From: Octopus bimaculoides
Lineage: Eukaryota
DNA: 51,350 nucleotides
Reading direction: 5' to 3'
NCBI RefSeq assembly: GCF_001194135.2
Contig: NC_068991.1
Span: 15,138,452 to 15,189,801 of the forward strand
Positions 34,865 to 47,399 of the stretch are shown here, piece after piece (the first letter of the stretch is position 1; each line of letters begins with the position of its first letter). Both the position numbers and the translations under genes were made by a program. The notes below the pieces were generated by a model. The model searched no databases, had not been told where the DNA came from, and saw only the letters and a program-made list of their open reading frames with translations.

Positions 34865-35054
34865 ATCTATTCTAGAATACTCTACATTTGTACTGAGACC
34901 TGTAATTCATCGCTTCTAGAAAATCAACAGAATTTTATATCTATCTATCTATCTATCTATCTATCTAATCCGCCTGTCTGTCTGTATGGAATCAAAGGAA
35001 GACAGCTACCTTTCTAAAGCTAGCACAACTTTATAGAGGAGATATATCAAGATT

Positions 35055-35232
35055 TGGATAAAAACTCCTGCATTAGAACAGAAACAGAATCAAAAGAAGA
35101 CAGCCACTTTTCTAAAGGTATCATTTTGGTGGCATCAAGGAATCAGTTCCAAGGTTTGTTAAACACAAGCAACAGTTTCCTGATTTCTTTCCGGTACTTG
35201 ATGCACATACTGTCAGTAGGGCTGTGAATTCC
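35055..35232 (+). repeat. About 180-bp dispersed repeat, inverted copy at 40639-40813
   Basis: AAAGGTATCATTTTGGTGGCATCAAGGAATCAGT..TGATGCACATACTGTCAGTAGGGCTGTGAATTCC is shared. Confidence 0.8.
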
Positions 35233-35564
35233 TTTAAATTTTTAAATGACTGATGAGCCTGAAGAGTTTTGAAGTATTGGCAGAAGTGATTTTTGAACGA
35301 TCTTCCAACAACGAAGCCTTTATGAAATTCCATAAGAAGGTGGATTTCTTGTCCTTTTGGATGTCAAATGCTGCAAAGACTTTCAAAACTACTTCCGTGG
35401 AAACGATATAACTACTGTTGCTTTTTGCAACTACATAACCTTTAGGAAAAAGGATTTCCCATATTTGCAAACTTGCAACCGAAGTACAGAAATCGATTTC
35501 ACTTTGTAGACAGCATTGAAATTGCTGTAACATGATACGTAAACGTAGGTATAATTGTGTGGTT

Positions 35565-35720
35565 AAAACGATAGCTTTATAACCATGTGGTTTCGGGTTC
35601 AGCTTCACTACACGGCACCTTGAGAAAATATCTTTTGTCATAGTCCCAGGCCGACCAATGCCTTGTGAAGGAATTTGTTAGAGGGAAATTATGTTGAGGC
35701 TCACCGTGTATATATCTTTG
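35565..35720 (+). mobile_element. SINE family C head, diverged
   Basis: AACCATGTGGTTTCGGGTTCAG..GGCACCTTG..GCCGACCAATGCCTTGTG. A similar head lies at 39580-39730. Confidence 0.7.
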
Positions 35721-35829
35721 TGCTCGTATGTATGTATTTTATGTTTGTGTTTTTAATTATCTAAATTCTTCCTAGGAGGAAAGAACTGGTTTCTAACAAA
35801 GATATTCAGCCCCATTGTTGGACTGTAGA

Positions 35830-36400
35830 TACCGAAAACAATTTCATATTTTAAACTTGAGAACTATTTACAGGTTCTATTTACAGGTTCTGCGAACAGC
35901 CTGTATTTGCAATGTGCGAGTCAGCTGGTTGATTTCTTGTTTTCTGAAAATCCTAGCTTATGCAAACTGTCAGTCAGGCATTTATTCACAAAACCAAGAG
36001 CATCAATCATTATTGATATAAATGTAAATTTGTAATCTGGATATAGAAGCTGGAAGTTTGGAAGTAGTTATCCATCGTTATCCTCTTTCTCTTTGATTTT
36101 CGAAGAGATATTCACATCAGCAGGACAGCTGACCTCTCTGACAGTACATACTTTTTCTTATCTGTCCCAAACAACAACATCCAACCTGTCATGCTTATAC
36201 TTGACAGATGTTTTGGTGAGAATGTTCCACCAGTATTCCTTGTGTTGATGTTTGCGTACGTATTCAATAACAAGAACATTCTCTATAATTAATCCAGGAC
36301 AATCTTTTTTTTTTCGGCTGGCATTGCATATCGTTCTTGCAACAACGTCGTGTTGCATAGAAAGGTATTACATTGTTGACATTATTGGGCAGCAACTAAT
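35830..36400 (-). mobile_element. RLE-type non-LTR retrotransposon (R4/Dong-like) C-terminal relic
   Basis: QHDVVARTIC, EYWWNI, HDRLDVVVWDR, EVSCPADVN and IMIDALG: zinc knuckle tail plus restriction-like endonuclease. Confidence 0.75.
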
Positions 36401-37518
36401 TGTATGTATGTATGTATGTATGTATGAAATGAAACAATATAATTTTCAAAAATTTAGAGTTGTATCTTAATCCTTTTCATTAATATTGTTTATATGTACA
36501 TGGTTATTTTTTATTTTTATTCCTTCTTGAAACTAATGCTTGTGAATTTGAAAATTGATCCACAATAATCTTTGCGGAGTTGACCATTGATCCAGATTAA
36601 TTCTTATGAAATTGAAAATTAATCTATAATAATTCTCATCAAAATATTTCTTCATAATAATATCCTTGTTATTTTAAAATCAAAGTACAAAGTTCATTTA
36701 AACTCCATGCTCTTCTGATTTGTGCCGCCTTCTAACTTTGATAGAAGGTTGCTTGTCAAAAATGAAGCAACTTTATTCTCAATGGAACTGTTTTGAAGAA
36801 ATTCCTTTTTTTTTTCTTTTAAATCATTTCGTAAAATTAATTTTGTTCGTGGATTATTTTTATTTTTTGTCTTTGCTNNNNNNNNNNNNNNNNNNNNNNN
36901 NNNNNNNNNNNNNNNNNNNNNNNNNNNNNNNNNNNNNNNNNNNNNNNNNNNNNNNNNNNNNNNNNNNNNNNNNNNNNNNNNNNNNNNNNNNNNNNNNNNN
37001 NNNNNNNNNNNNNNNNNNNNNNNNNNNNNNNNNNNNNNNNNNNNNNNNNNNNNNNNNNNNNNNNNNNNNNNNNNNNNNNNNNNNNNNNNNNNNNNNNNNN
37101 NNNNNNNNNNNNNNNNNNNNNNNNNNNNNNNNNNNNNNNNNNNNNNNNNNNNNNNNNNNNNNNNNNNNNNNNNNNNNNNNNNNNNNNNNNNNNNNNNNNN
37201 NNNNNNNNNNNNNNNNNNNNNNNNNNNNNNNNNNNNNNNNNNNNNNNNNNNNNNNNNNNNNNNNNNNNNNNNNNNNNNNNNNNNNNNNNNNNNNNNNNNN
37301 NNNNNNNNNNNNNNNNNNNNNNNNNNNNNNNNNNNNNNNNNNNNNNNNNNNNNNNNNNNNNNNNNNNNNNNNNNNNNNNNNNNNNNNNNNNNNNNNNNNN
37401 NNNNNNNNNNNNNNNNNNNNNNNNNNNNNNNNNNNNNNNNNNNNNNNNNNNNNNNNNNNNNNNNNNNNNNNNNNNNNNNNNNNNNNNNNNNNNNNNNNNN
37501 NNNNNNNNNNNNNNNNNN

Positions 37519-37685
37519 CGAAATACTTAGCGGGTATTTCGGCTGCCGTTACGTTCTGAGTTCAAATTCCGCCGAGGTCAACTTTGCCTTTCATCCTTTC
37601 GGGATCGATAAATTAAGTACCGGTTACGCACTGGGTCGACTTAATCTCCTTGTCTGTCCCCTCTATGGTCAATAAAGAAATAAGA
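37519..37685 (+). mobile_element. SINE family B (5' lost in gap)
   Basis: Family B core present. Confidence 0.85.
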
Positions 37686-38069
37686 AACCTGCAATAAACA
37701 ACACTGTTGTTCATAAATACGATATTAAAATAAAAATAAAAAGATAAAGCAAACTAACAAAATAGACTAGAAATTTTTAAAAAAACTAATAAAAAACATA
37801 TAAAATAATAAATATACCAGTATTATACCAGTATTATCTGATATTTAAAACAAAAACAATAAATTATTAGTGAAAGAAAGCAATAATATTGTAGACTTAA
37901 TGGATTAACAAGAACTTAGACAGGACTAAGAGAGATTAAGTCAACATGTGGAGGCCAGAAATTGGAAAATACATATGGTTACAGTGGATTAGAAATAAGC
38001 CATAGAATTTTTTTTTAATCCTAATCCTTTGAACATAGACATCTTTCATCTTTTATCATTTTCTTGTTG

Positions 38070-38625
38070 CAGTCATTAGACGGCGGCCATGCTGGGGCCT
38101 TGAAGAATTTTTACTCGAATGAATCTATCCCAGTACTTATTGGTTTTTAAGCCTGGTACTTATTCTATCGGTCACTTTTGCCGAACCGCGAAGTTACGGG
38201 GACGTAAACACACCAACACTGGTTGTCAAGCGGTAGTGAGGAACAATGACACGCGTACACGCACACACGCTCACCAATACATATTTATATATGCTATATA
38301 CGACGGGCTTCTTTCAGTATCCGTCTTCCGAATCCACCCACAAGGCTTTGGTCGTTTCTGCTTGCTCGCCGCCTTAGAGATCATGTGTATTAACCAAAAC
38401 ATGAAGAGATGTTACATTGTAAGCTATATTCTTTTCTACTCTAGGGACAAGGCCCGAAATTTTGAGGGAGGGGGCAGTCGATCAGATCGACCCCAGTACA
38501 CAACTGGTACTTAATTTATCGCTACTCAAAAGGATGAAAGGCAAAGTCGACCTCGGCGGAATTTGAACTCAGAACGTAAAGGATGAAGCATTTTGTCCGG
38601 CGTGCTAACGATTCTGTCAGATCGC
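38070..38625 (-). mobile_element. SINE family C body (38070-38350) and SINE family B (38435-38625)
   Basis: Homology to other copies in the window. Confidence 0.8.
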
Positions 38626-38639
38626 CTCTTCCTTAGATT

Positions 38640-39460
38640 AAAGAATTAAGTCTAGAAGAAATGTCGCAACAAATTGAGCTTTAAACTATTGCCAAGATAA
38701 TATTTCTCTATATATCCTAATGAAATTAAATAATTCAAACTTGATTCTCACAAACTGTATTTACCATTCTCTCTATTTAGCATACACCAATGTTGCTGAA
38801 GAATTACCTTCAAACGTTGAATATCTATAAAGAGAAGCTTACAACTAGTTTTACACTTTAGCACTGCATGGAAATATACAAATTAATCAACGATAGCGAG
38901 GAACCATAGAAAATGATTTCGCTTCCAGCCACAAGATTGTTAGTGGGAAATAAACTGTGTAAAAAGAATTCTTCGCCAGTGGGGTGCATTAAAATTACAT
39001 TGGCAAATGGCATCTTCTTGTTGCGACAAGTATTATGCAAGGGAATTGCATACTATGTACTTAGATACAACTAACGAACTTTATTTAACATTTATAAGAC
39101 TTGTGTAGAGAGAAATTGAAAATATAATTTACTATTCTAAAAAGAATTGGTGAATCACTGTAGTATCTTAGACGAACTACGTAGTTTTATATTGTGAATG
39201 CCTGCAAGAATTTTGCATCATAAATAAGTGAATCTTGAAACGAATTCAGAAATTAAATTAATGTATCTCCTATGGGAAAAGACTGACGTTGGGTGCAAGT
39301 TCTCTAATCATCTGCTCAGTAAAATTTTATGAAAACTAAGTTCTCAAGAACAAGAAAATGCTGCACAAAAACGTGTCTAACCTTATTTGAGACAGATATG
39401 CAAATAACTCCTGAAACGTATTGAAATACTGGAGCATTTCAAAAGAATTTTTAAAACAAT
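38640..39460 (+). mobile_element. hAT-like transposase relic (heavily decayed)
   Basis: Fragments EELPSNVEYL*REAYN, ATRLL, CVKRILRQWGALKLHW and MYLDTTNELYLTFI resemble the TRWL..RILEQW region of hAT/ZNF862-like transposases. Confidence 0.55.
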
Positions 39461-40140
39461 TTCTCGAGATTTTGCTTTGATCATAGTCGTCCATCTTTTT
39501 CAGTTTTGGCTTTGGCTGATTAATCTAAACTTGACGAAATAAAGACTCATTGCTGAAAGCTGCTCACATTCAACTGGAAAATGCATAGCTGAGTGGTTAA
39601 AAAGCTCGCTTTGCAGCCACAGGGTTACAACTTGACTCTCATAGTGCGGAACCCTGCGTGTGCGTGTGTTTTACTGTAACCCCGGACCGACCAATGGCTT
39701 GTGCATGAATTTAGTTGACGGAACTCTGTTGTGTGTGCGTGCGTGTGTGTATAGTTGAAATTTTCCTGCAGCTGANNNNNNNNNNNNNNNNNNNNNNNNN
39801 NNNNNNNNNNNNNNNNNNNNNNNNNNNNNNNNNNNNNNNNNNNNNNNNNNNNNNNNNNNNNNNNNNNNNNNNNNNNNNNNNNNNNNNNNNNNNNNNNNNN
39901 NNNNNNNNNNNNNNNNNNNNNNNNNNNNNNNNNNNNNNNNNNNNNNNNNNNNNNNNNNNNNNNNNNNNNNNNNNNNNNNNNNNNNNNNNNNNNNNNNNNN
40001 NNNNNNNNNNNNNNNNNNNNNNNNNNNNNNNNNNNNNNNNNNNNNNNNNNNNNNNNNNNNNNNNNNNNNNNNNNNNNNNNNNNNNNNNNNNNNNNNNNNN
40101 NNNNNNNNNNNNNNNNNNNNNNNNNNNNNNNNNNNNNNNN

Positions 40141-40195
<55 letters not shown>

Positions 40196-40264
40196 CTATG
40201 TATATATATGTATGTATGTATATACGTACGTACGTACGTATGTATTTATGTACAAGTGGTGAAG

Positions 40265-41130
40265 GTATAATAATCCTTTCTACTATAGGCACAAGGCCTG
40301 AAAACTGAGGGAGGGGCATAGTCGATTACATCGACCCAGTGTTTCACTGGTACTTAGTTTATCGACCCGGAAAGGATGAAAAGCGAAGTCGACCTCGGCG
40401 GAATTTGAACTCAGAACGTAACGGCAAACGAAATACCGTTTATACCGGCGTACTAACGATTCTGCTAGCTTGTTGCATTCAAGGACTAGCAATACTGAAT
40501 GGAGAGCACAGTCAATTTCTTTTAGAATCCTAATACTTTTTTTTAAGACGGTGAGCTGATAGAATCGTTAGCACTCTGAGCAAAATGCTTCGCGGCATTT
40601 CGTCAGTCTTTACGTTCATTGTTCAAATCCCGCAGAGGAATTCACAGCCCTACTGACAGTATGTGCATCAAGTTCCGGAAAGAAATCAGGGAGCTGTTGC
40701 TTGTGTTTAACAAGCCTTGTTACTGATTCCTTGATGCCACCAAAATGATACCTTTAGAAAGGTGGCTGTCTTCTTTTGATTCTATTTCTGTTCTAATACA
40801 GGAGTTTTTATCCAACTTTGCCTTTCCACCTTTCGGGATCGGTAAAATAAGTACCAGCTGAGCGCTGGAGGGTGTCTATGTAATCGACTTATCCCCTCCC
40901 CAAAATTGCTGGCCTTGTGCCAAAATTTGAATTCAACATTGAAGTGGGGGTGGGGGCTTAGTCGATACCTTCAGCCCTAGCTCTTAACTGACCATACTTT
41001 AGTTTACGACTCCGAAAAGATGACAAGCAAAGTTGACCTCGGCTGAATTTAAACTCCGAACAGTAAAGCGCTGGAGAAATACCTCAAAGTATTGTTCTGT
41101 TGCTCAAACAATTCTACCAATTCACTGATT
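40265..41130. mobile_element. Cluster of three family B SINEs in alternating orientation (-, +, -); the middle one is split by an insertion
   Basis: About 40265-40475(-), 40549-40930(+, with insert 40639-40813) and 40940-41130(-). Confidence 0.75.
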
Positions 41131-41459
41131 TTTCATCTCATAACAACGGCTCCCATATATTTAAAATCCCCCCTCTTCACACTTAAAACCAAAAGTATAG
41201 CATTGTGCCTGTGTTAGAAATCAATATTTTCATATATAAATAACATCTGTTGTTAGCAATAATGGATCTCGTAAATTAACATGTCAGCCATACGTCATGA
41301 CGTGTCACCGTACGATCAGACGCAATGCTGACAAGCTTTTTCCGTTTTATTCGTTCATTAATTTACCTTTGAAATGTTGACTCCTGAAAATGTAAAACAG
41401 TATTTTGCAAAGTGTCACCTGTTGCAATCCATTATTTATTTATTTATTTATTTATAGAT

Positions 41460-41703
41460 GCAGGCATGGCTCTGTGATTAAGAAGTTCGCTTTGCAACCG
41501 AGCTGCTTCGGATACAGTCTTAATGCGCGTCTCCTGGGGCAAGTGTTTTCTACTATAGCCCAGGGTCCAATAATATCATGTGAGTGAATTTGGTAGAAGA
41601 AGAATATGAGCGTGGCTGTGCGGTAAGAAGCTAACTTTCCAACCACATGGTTCTGGGTTCAGTCCTACTGCGTGGCACCTGGGACAAGTATCTTCTACTA
41701 TAT
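41460..41703 (+). mobile_element. Two tandem family C SINE heads
   Basis: About 41460-41600 and 41608-41703. Confidence 0.7.
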
Positions 41704-42074
41704 CAAATATCTGTAACAGATTGGCAGTATTAACAAAGTTGGCATCGTCAGATGACATGTTTTACGATATTTAGTTATCTCCCTTTGAGTTATAAATCCC
41801 ACTCTCTCTCAGGTTGTTTTGCGTTTCAACATTCCGGTGTCAGTTACATACCAGTTTCGAATCAATATGAGAAAATCAGAACGAATTAACGATGCAATTA
41901 AAAAAAAAAAAAGCGAAGGAGAAAATTTTTCAAATATAAATAAAGTAGAAAAATACACAAATAAACATTATTTTACTGTTAGTTTTGTTTCATTTTGAAA
42001 AATAAAAATCTATTTTATAGTTTATTACTGTTTACATTTTAAATTATTTTGTTTAGATTTTGAACCATTTACAT

Positions 42075-42137
42075 ACACTTGAGGGCACCAAAACCTTCTA
42101 AGTGCTTAGGGCCTCTATGGGTCTTGATCCGGCCCTG
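42075..42137 (-). mobile_element. hAT-like MITE terminus
   Basis: Minus strand begins CAGGGCCGGATCAAG. Confidence 0.4.
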
Positions 42138-42247
42138 ATCAGGAGAGACGTAAAACAATTAAACACAATAGTGTTATATTTAATAAACGGAAAGAAGTGA
42201 GTTACACAACAAAAACTCACAAATACTTGCAATGAACTAGATATCAC

Positions 42248-42366
42248 AGCGTGGAGGCACATGGCCTTGCGGTCGAGGGATCGTAGTTTCGAATCTCAGA
42301 CCGGGCGATGTGTGTTTATGAGCGAAACACCTAAGCCCCACGCGCCTCCGGCAGAAGGTAATGGCG
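42248..42366 (+). mobile_element. tRNA-derived SINE head running into a gap
   Basis: GGAGGCACATGGCC..GTTTCGAATCTCAGACCGGGC. Confidence 0.55.
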
Positions 42367-42869
42367 NNNNNNNNNNNNNNNNNNNNNNNNNNNNNNNNNN
42401 NNNNNNNNNNNNNNNNNNNNNNNNNNNNNNNNNNNNNNNNNNNNNNNNNNNNNNNNNNNNNNNNNNNNNNNNNNNNNNNNNNNNNNNNNNNNNNNNNNNN
42501 NNNNNNNNNNNNNNNNNNNNNNNNNNNNNNNNNNNNNNNNNNNNNNNNNNNNNNNNNNNNNNNNNNNNNNNNNNNNNNNNNNNNNNNNNNNNNNNNNNNN
42601 NNNNNNNNNNNNNNNNNNNNNNNNNNNNNNNNNNNNNNNNNNNNNNNNNNNNNNNNNNNNNNNNNNNNNNNNNNNNNNNNNNNNNNNNNNNNNNNNNNNN
42701 NNNNNNNNNNNNNNNNNNNNNNNNNNNNNNNNNNNNNNNNNNNNNNNNNNNNNNNNNNNNNNNNNNNNNNNNNNNNNNNNNNNNNNNNNNNNNNNNNNNN
42801 NNNNNNNNNNNNNNNNNNNNNNNNNNNNNNNNNNNNNNNNNNNNNNNNNNNNNNNNNNNNNNNNNNNNN

Positions 42870-42933
<64 letters not shown>

Positions 42934-43059
42934 AGACTCATTTCCAAAAGTACAAAAAGGATTCTTCAAAGACTTAGATCATTGTAGATATGAATCACGG
43001 AAGACTACAGAAGTAGGGAAACAACGAATGACTGTGGAATTGATTGACTTTTAAAAGCA

Positions 43060-43250
43060 GTGGGAGAATCATGACCACAAAGAAAAGATATGTTTAATTG
43101 TGGAAATCAGCTGCCCTCTGATCACCAATGCGGTAAAAAAAAACAGGAGAAAGGAGACATCTATGGACCATTGATAAGGAATTTGCAAATCCAGTACCCA
43201 ATATTGACCATTGATAAAGAGTTTACAAATCTAGTACCCAAGATACACTT
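43060..43250 (+). mobile_element. RLE-type LINE endonuclease fragment
   Basis: KEKICLIVEISCP..DIYGPLIRNLQIQYP. Confidence 0.7.
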
Positions 43251-43349
43251 AAAATCTTAGTCTTGCAAATTTTTATAGTCCCAGATATCGTGACTATTTG
43301 TGGCGTATGAATTATGGATTTGTAATCTCTTTCTAAGATCCCAAGTTCA

Positions 43350-44140
43350 GCCATATTTTGCTACAGACAGGTTGGTATACATCCTGTTGCTCCAATAATA
43401 ATAGGTATGAAGCTGAAAGTGTATATTGGGTGCTGGATATGCAAACTCCTTATAAATGGTTCACAGATGTCCTCTTTTACTTGTATTTTTCTAACCACAT
43501 TATTTTCCTGAGGGCAGCTGATTTCTACAACAAAACATATCTTTTCCTTGTGGTCCCATACAATATCTGGCTGGTTGCGTTTTAACTTGGTACCTTTTAT
43601 AATTCTTAAGTTCCTTAATATTCTTTTGACCCATCGGTCTCAATATAGTCAGCATCGTCAACAAATATTTCTTTTTTTTTTCTTCTTGTTACTTTGTTCC
43701 AAACTGTTCTGGCAACCGCATCATACCTCATAAGAAGATAATATTAGGATGATATTCTGTCATAGTTGACAATAATGTGGCTGATGTTTTTAGTCTTGTT
43801 CTTGCATGGCCTACATTTGTTGTCTGTCAACATTTACTGCCTTTTATGCTGTAGGCACTTGGTCGGGTTCCCTTCTTGAACTGCATGGAAGTATCCTTCG
43901 AAGTTGAATGACACAAACATGCCAGTACACCATGCCAAACTTTGACACGACAATCCCTTCTATGGTCTGTGTTTTATGTGCCAACTACACTTGTATTATC
44001 TTCTCAATGAACTGGTCCATTTATATTTTGTTCATCCGAGAGATAAATTTTACCAACGCTCTTTGGAAAGAGATTTATATCAACTCTTTTTCATACTGTT
44101 CCCCAAGTTCATTATGTTGTTGATTTCATGGTCACAAATT
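43350..44140 (-). mobile_element. RLE-type (R4/Dong-like) LINE C-terminal relic
   Basis: EGYFHAVQE, DNKCRPCK..SHIMS, MRYDAVARTVWN, NQPDIVWD..VEISCP and FIPIIIGATG. Confidence 0.8.
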
Positions 44141-44299
44141 CGGGCCAGATAACTACTAGTCTCTTTTCTCTGCTACAGAAGTAATATGATAACCATGGTT
44201 ATTACGTAACCCATAATTCCCCGAAACAGCTGTCGAGTTAAAAAATTAGATATTTTCTTCATATGTCTGTAATTTTTGTGCTCCATGTACATGTACGCA

Positions 44300-44344
<45 letters not shown>

Positions 44345-44778
44345 TATAATATAATATATATATCTGTGTATGTGAGAGAGAAAGAGAGAGAGTATATGTA
44401 TATATGTACATATACCCTAATGATGATGATTTGGCTATTATTTCTAGCATGCTGGGGATCACATATTGATCACTCAGTTGCTCAGCCTATAGCTTATGTC
44501 TTTTGGACTTGTAAATTTTAAAGAGTGTGACATGTCCGCTGGACAATTATCACGTGGCCAACATATATCTCTCATTACGCTGTTAAACATTTAAGCGTTT
44601 CGTCCAATATTTTCTTTCTGTATTTTATTTATTTTTAATTACCTATTTATTAATTTATTGACCAAGAGGAGTTTTATAGCCTCACTATCACAACTGCACA
44701 ACAAACATGATGTGCAATACATACGTGCTAAAAAGTGAGAAGAAGCGCAACAGCTTTATATCCATCGTTCCATCTGTT

Positions 44779-44834
<56 letters not shown>

Positions 44835-45899
44835 NNNNNNNNNNNNNNNNNNNNNNNNNNNNNNNNNNNNNNNNNNNNNNNNNNNNNNNNNNNNNNNNNN
44901 NNNNNNNNNNNNNNNNNNNNNNNNNNNNNNNNNNNNNNNNNNNNNNNNNNNNNNNNNNNNNNNNNNNNNNNNNNNNNNNNNNNNNNNNNNNNNNNNNNNN
45001 NNNNNNNNNNNNNNNNNNNNNNNNNNNNNNNNNNNNNNNNNNNNNNNNNNNNNNNNNNNNNNNNNNNNNNNNNNNNNNNNNNNNNNNNNNNNNNNNNNNN
45101 NNNNNNNNNNNNNNNNNNNNNNNNNNNNNNNNNNNNNNNNNNNNNNNNNNNNNNNNNNNNNNNNNNNNNNNNNNNNNNNNNNNNNNNNNNNNNNNNNNNN
45201 NNNNNNNNNNNNNNNNNNNNNNNNNNNNNNNNNNNNNNNNNNNNNNNNNNNNNNNNNNNNNNNNNNNNNNNNNNNNNATATGTATGTATGTATGTATAAA
45301 AAACAAAATTATTTTATTCCACATGGGTAGAAATATAAGAAAAATAGATGTTGAAAATGCACTGAGAATAGTTAAAATATTCTCTTTATTATATTTAAAG
45401 ATTTAACCGGTCTCACAGATTACATTGATTTTCAAATAGTTGAAATGGAAGGATGTGGCTTATGTCGCAACTGTCTTGCTTCTGACAAGTGTTTAAATCT
45501 TGTCCTATTTTTATAGGGAGTTCATGGCTCAAATTAGTATGTTTTGGATAGAACTTGATTGGTAGAAGATAGTCACATGTCTGGTCTTAGAAACTTCTTT
45601 GTAGGTTCTCCGCTACGTCCGTGTGTTAGTATCAAGTGACAATGTTTGGCGTCGTAAGTTAAGGCCGACACGGCTGACTGAACATGTCTAGTGACAGTAC
45701 CAAACAATCAATGCTCTGAATGTTTTCTGTCAAGTGTTTGTAGAGAATGAACACGTGATTAAATTTAGAATCTTTTGTACGTTTCCCAATAGGTCCGTGC
45801 GTTAGTGTCACGTGACAGTATATTTTGTAACTAAAATGAAGGCTGACACAATTGAGTGAATATGTTTAGTTACAATCAAGGCACTGTAAATTTAATCTG

Positions 45900-47050
45900 C
45901 CAGGAAGTAGAGTGGATAGGAGTCGTTTGTATGTAGTCCAGTGGCTAAAGTTTAGGTTGTTAGCTGTGTAAGTTCCTCATGCTAAGTGGCAGAATGAGTT
46001 TTGTGTGTGAATAGTTATTTGTGTATGCACTCTGTTAAATTTTGTTAAGTCTGCGCTTGTACTTTGTATGAAAGTATTTTCTTCCTTTGTCCGTGCGTCA
46101 TCTGTGGTATTCACTGAACATAGGTAGAGTGGGAAGACCTGGAATTCGAGGACTTATTTTTTGCACATATATTCATTACATCGTTGACATTTGATATCGT
46201 ATATTAAACTCATTGAAGAACGTGTAAGATGATTTTTTTACGGTAAAAATCTGCTCCGATTTGAATTTGTATGTTCTGTCTTGAATAAGCTTGATGCAAG
46301 TCCAGTAATTGCGGCGACCACACTTTTTGACTGTTAGTGTGAGAATTATGGAAGGTAATTTAGCGCTGGTGAGGAATTTTTGAGGGACTTTGATTGTCTT
46401 TTACTTTCGATTATTTTGTGCATTTCGTATGCTTATTTCATTCAAGGGTCTTGTTTCAGTAGTGGAATGTTCTGGTGGATAACGTTGTAAAGCTCTGTGT
46501 TTCTTGGGTTGTGTGTTGTCACAAGGGTAGAGTATTGGATGTAACTGGAGCGTTTTTCGTTTTCCTTGGATATCTACCGCTTCGGCACGTTCTATTGCAT
46601 TTTCTATTAAAATTAATGGATACTGTCATTTAAGTAGATTTCTTTTAATTCCTGGAGTCTTTTATTGCGAATTTCAGAGTTTGAGACATTTGTGCAATTT
46701 CTTCTTGCTAGATTAAATGGAATATTATTCTTCGTGTATTTGGGATGGCATGAGGAGAAAAGTAGGCATTGTTTAGAATCTGTTTGTAATGTCTGTTTCA
46801 ATGATTTTATCTCTTTTGATGATTAATATGTCCAGGAATGGCAGTTGAGTTCTAATGCATTCCATGGTGAAGTTGATATTATTGCATATACTGTTGATTA
46901 GGTTTTTGAAATCTATAACTCGTTCAAATGTGTGCGTCCACAGGTTTAGGCAGTCATCTAGGTAACGTTTCCAGTTTTCTAGTAGATATTTGTGGAAGTT
47001 TAAGCCATATTTTAATTTAGTTTCTTCATATATCTGTACATGTATATATC
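45900..47050 (-). mobile_element. Penelope-like element RT, linker and GIY-YIG relic (Neptune-like)
   Basis: ENWKRYLDDC, NFTME, LPFLDILI, TDSKQCLLFSSCHPKYTKNNIPFNLARR, KCGRRNYWTC and LIYDIKCQRC. Frameshifts present. Confidence 0.85.
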
Positions 47051-47059
47051 AGTGTATCT

Positions 47060-47255
47060 GTGTCACACACCATCACCGATTGAAAAATAGTGTTTTATCG
47101 TTACGCTCCCGTAATCAAGCGGTTCAGCAAAAGAGACCGATAGAATATCAACTAGTCTTAAGAAAATAATTTCTAAGGTCGGTTTGTTCGACTAAAACCC
47201 TTCAAGGCGGTGCTCCAGCATGGCCGCAGTCAAATGACTGAAACAAATAAAAGAA
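47060..47255 (+). mobile_element. SINE family C 3' part
   Basis: GGCGGTGCTCCAGCATGGCCGCAGTCAAATGACTGAAACAAATAAAAGA tail. Confidence 0.8.
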
Positions 47256-47399
47256 TATATGTGTGTGCGTACGCGCGCGCGCGCACGTGCATGTGTGTGT
47301 GTATAGTTATATCTATATTTACCTATCTATCTCTATGTATGTATGCATAATATATATATATATATATGATAGTCACTTGATTATCATCGTCCAGTGACG

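Noticed and set aside
35248-35300. CTGATGA GCC..GGC AGAA hammerhead-like string
   Set aside because: No GAAA register, helix III or helix I pairing.
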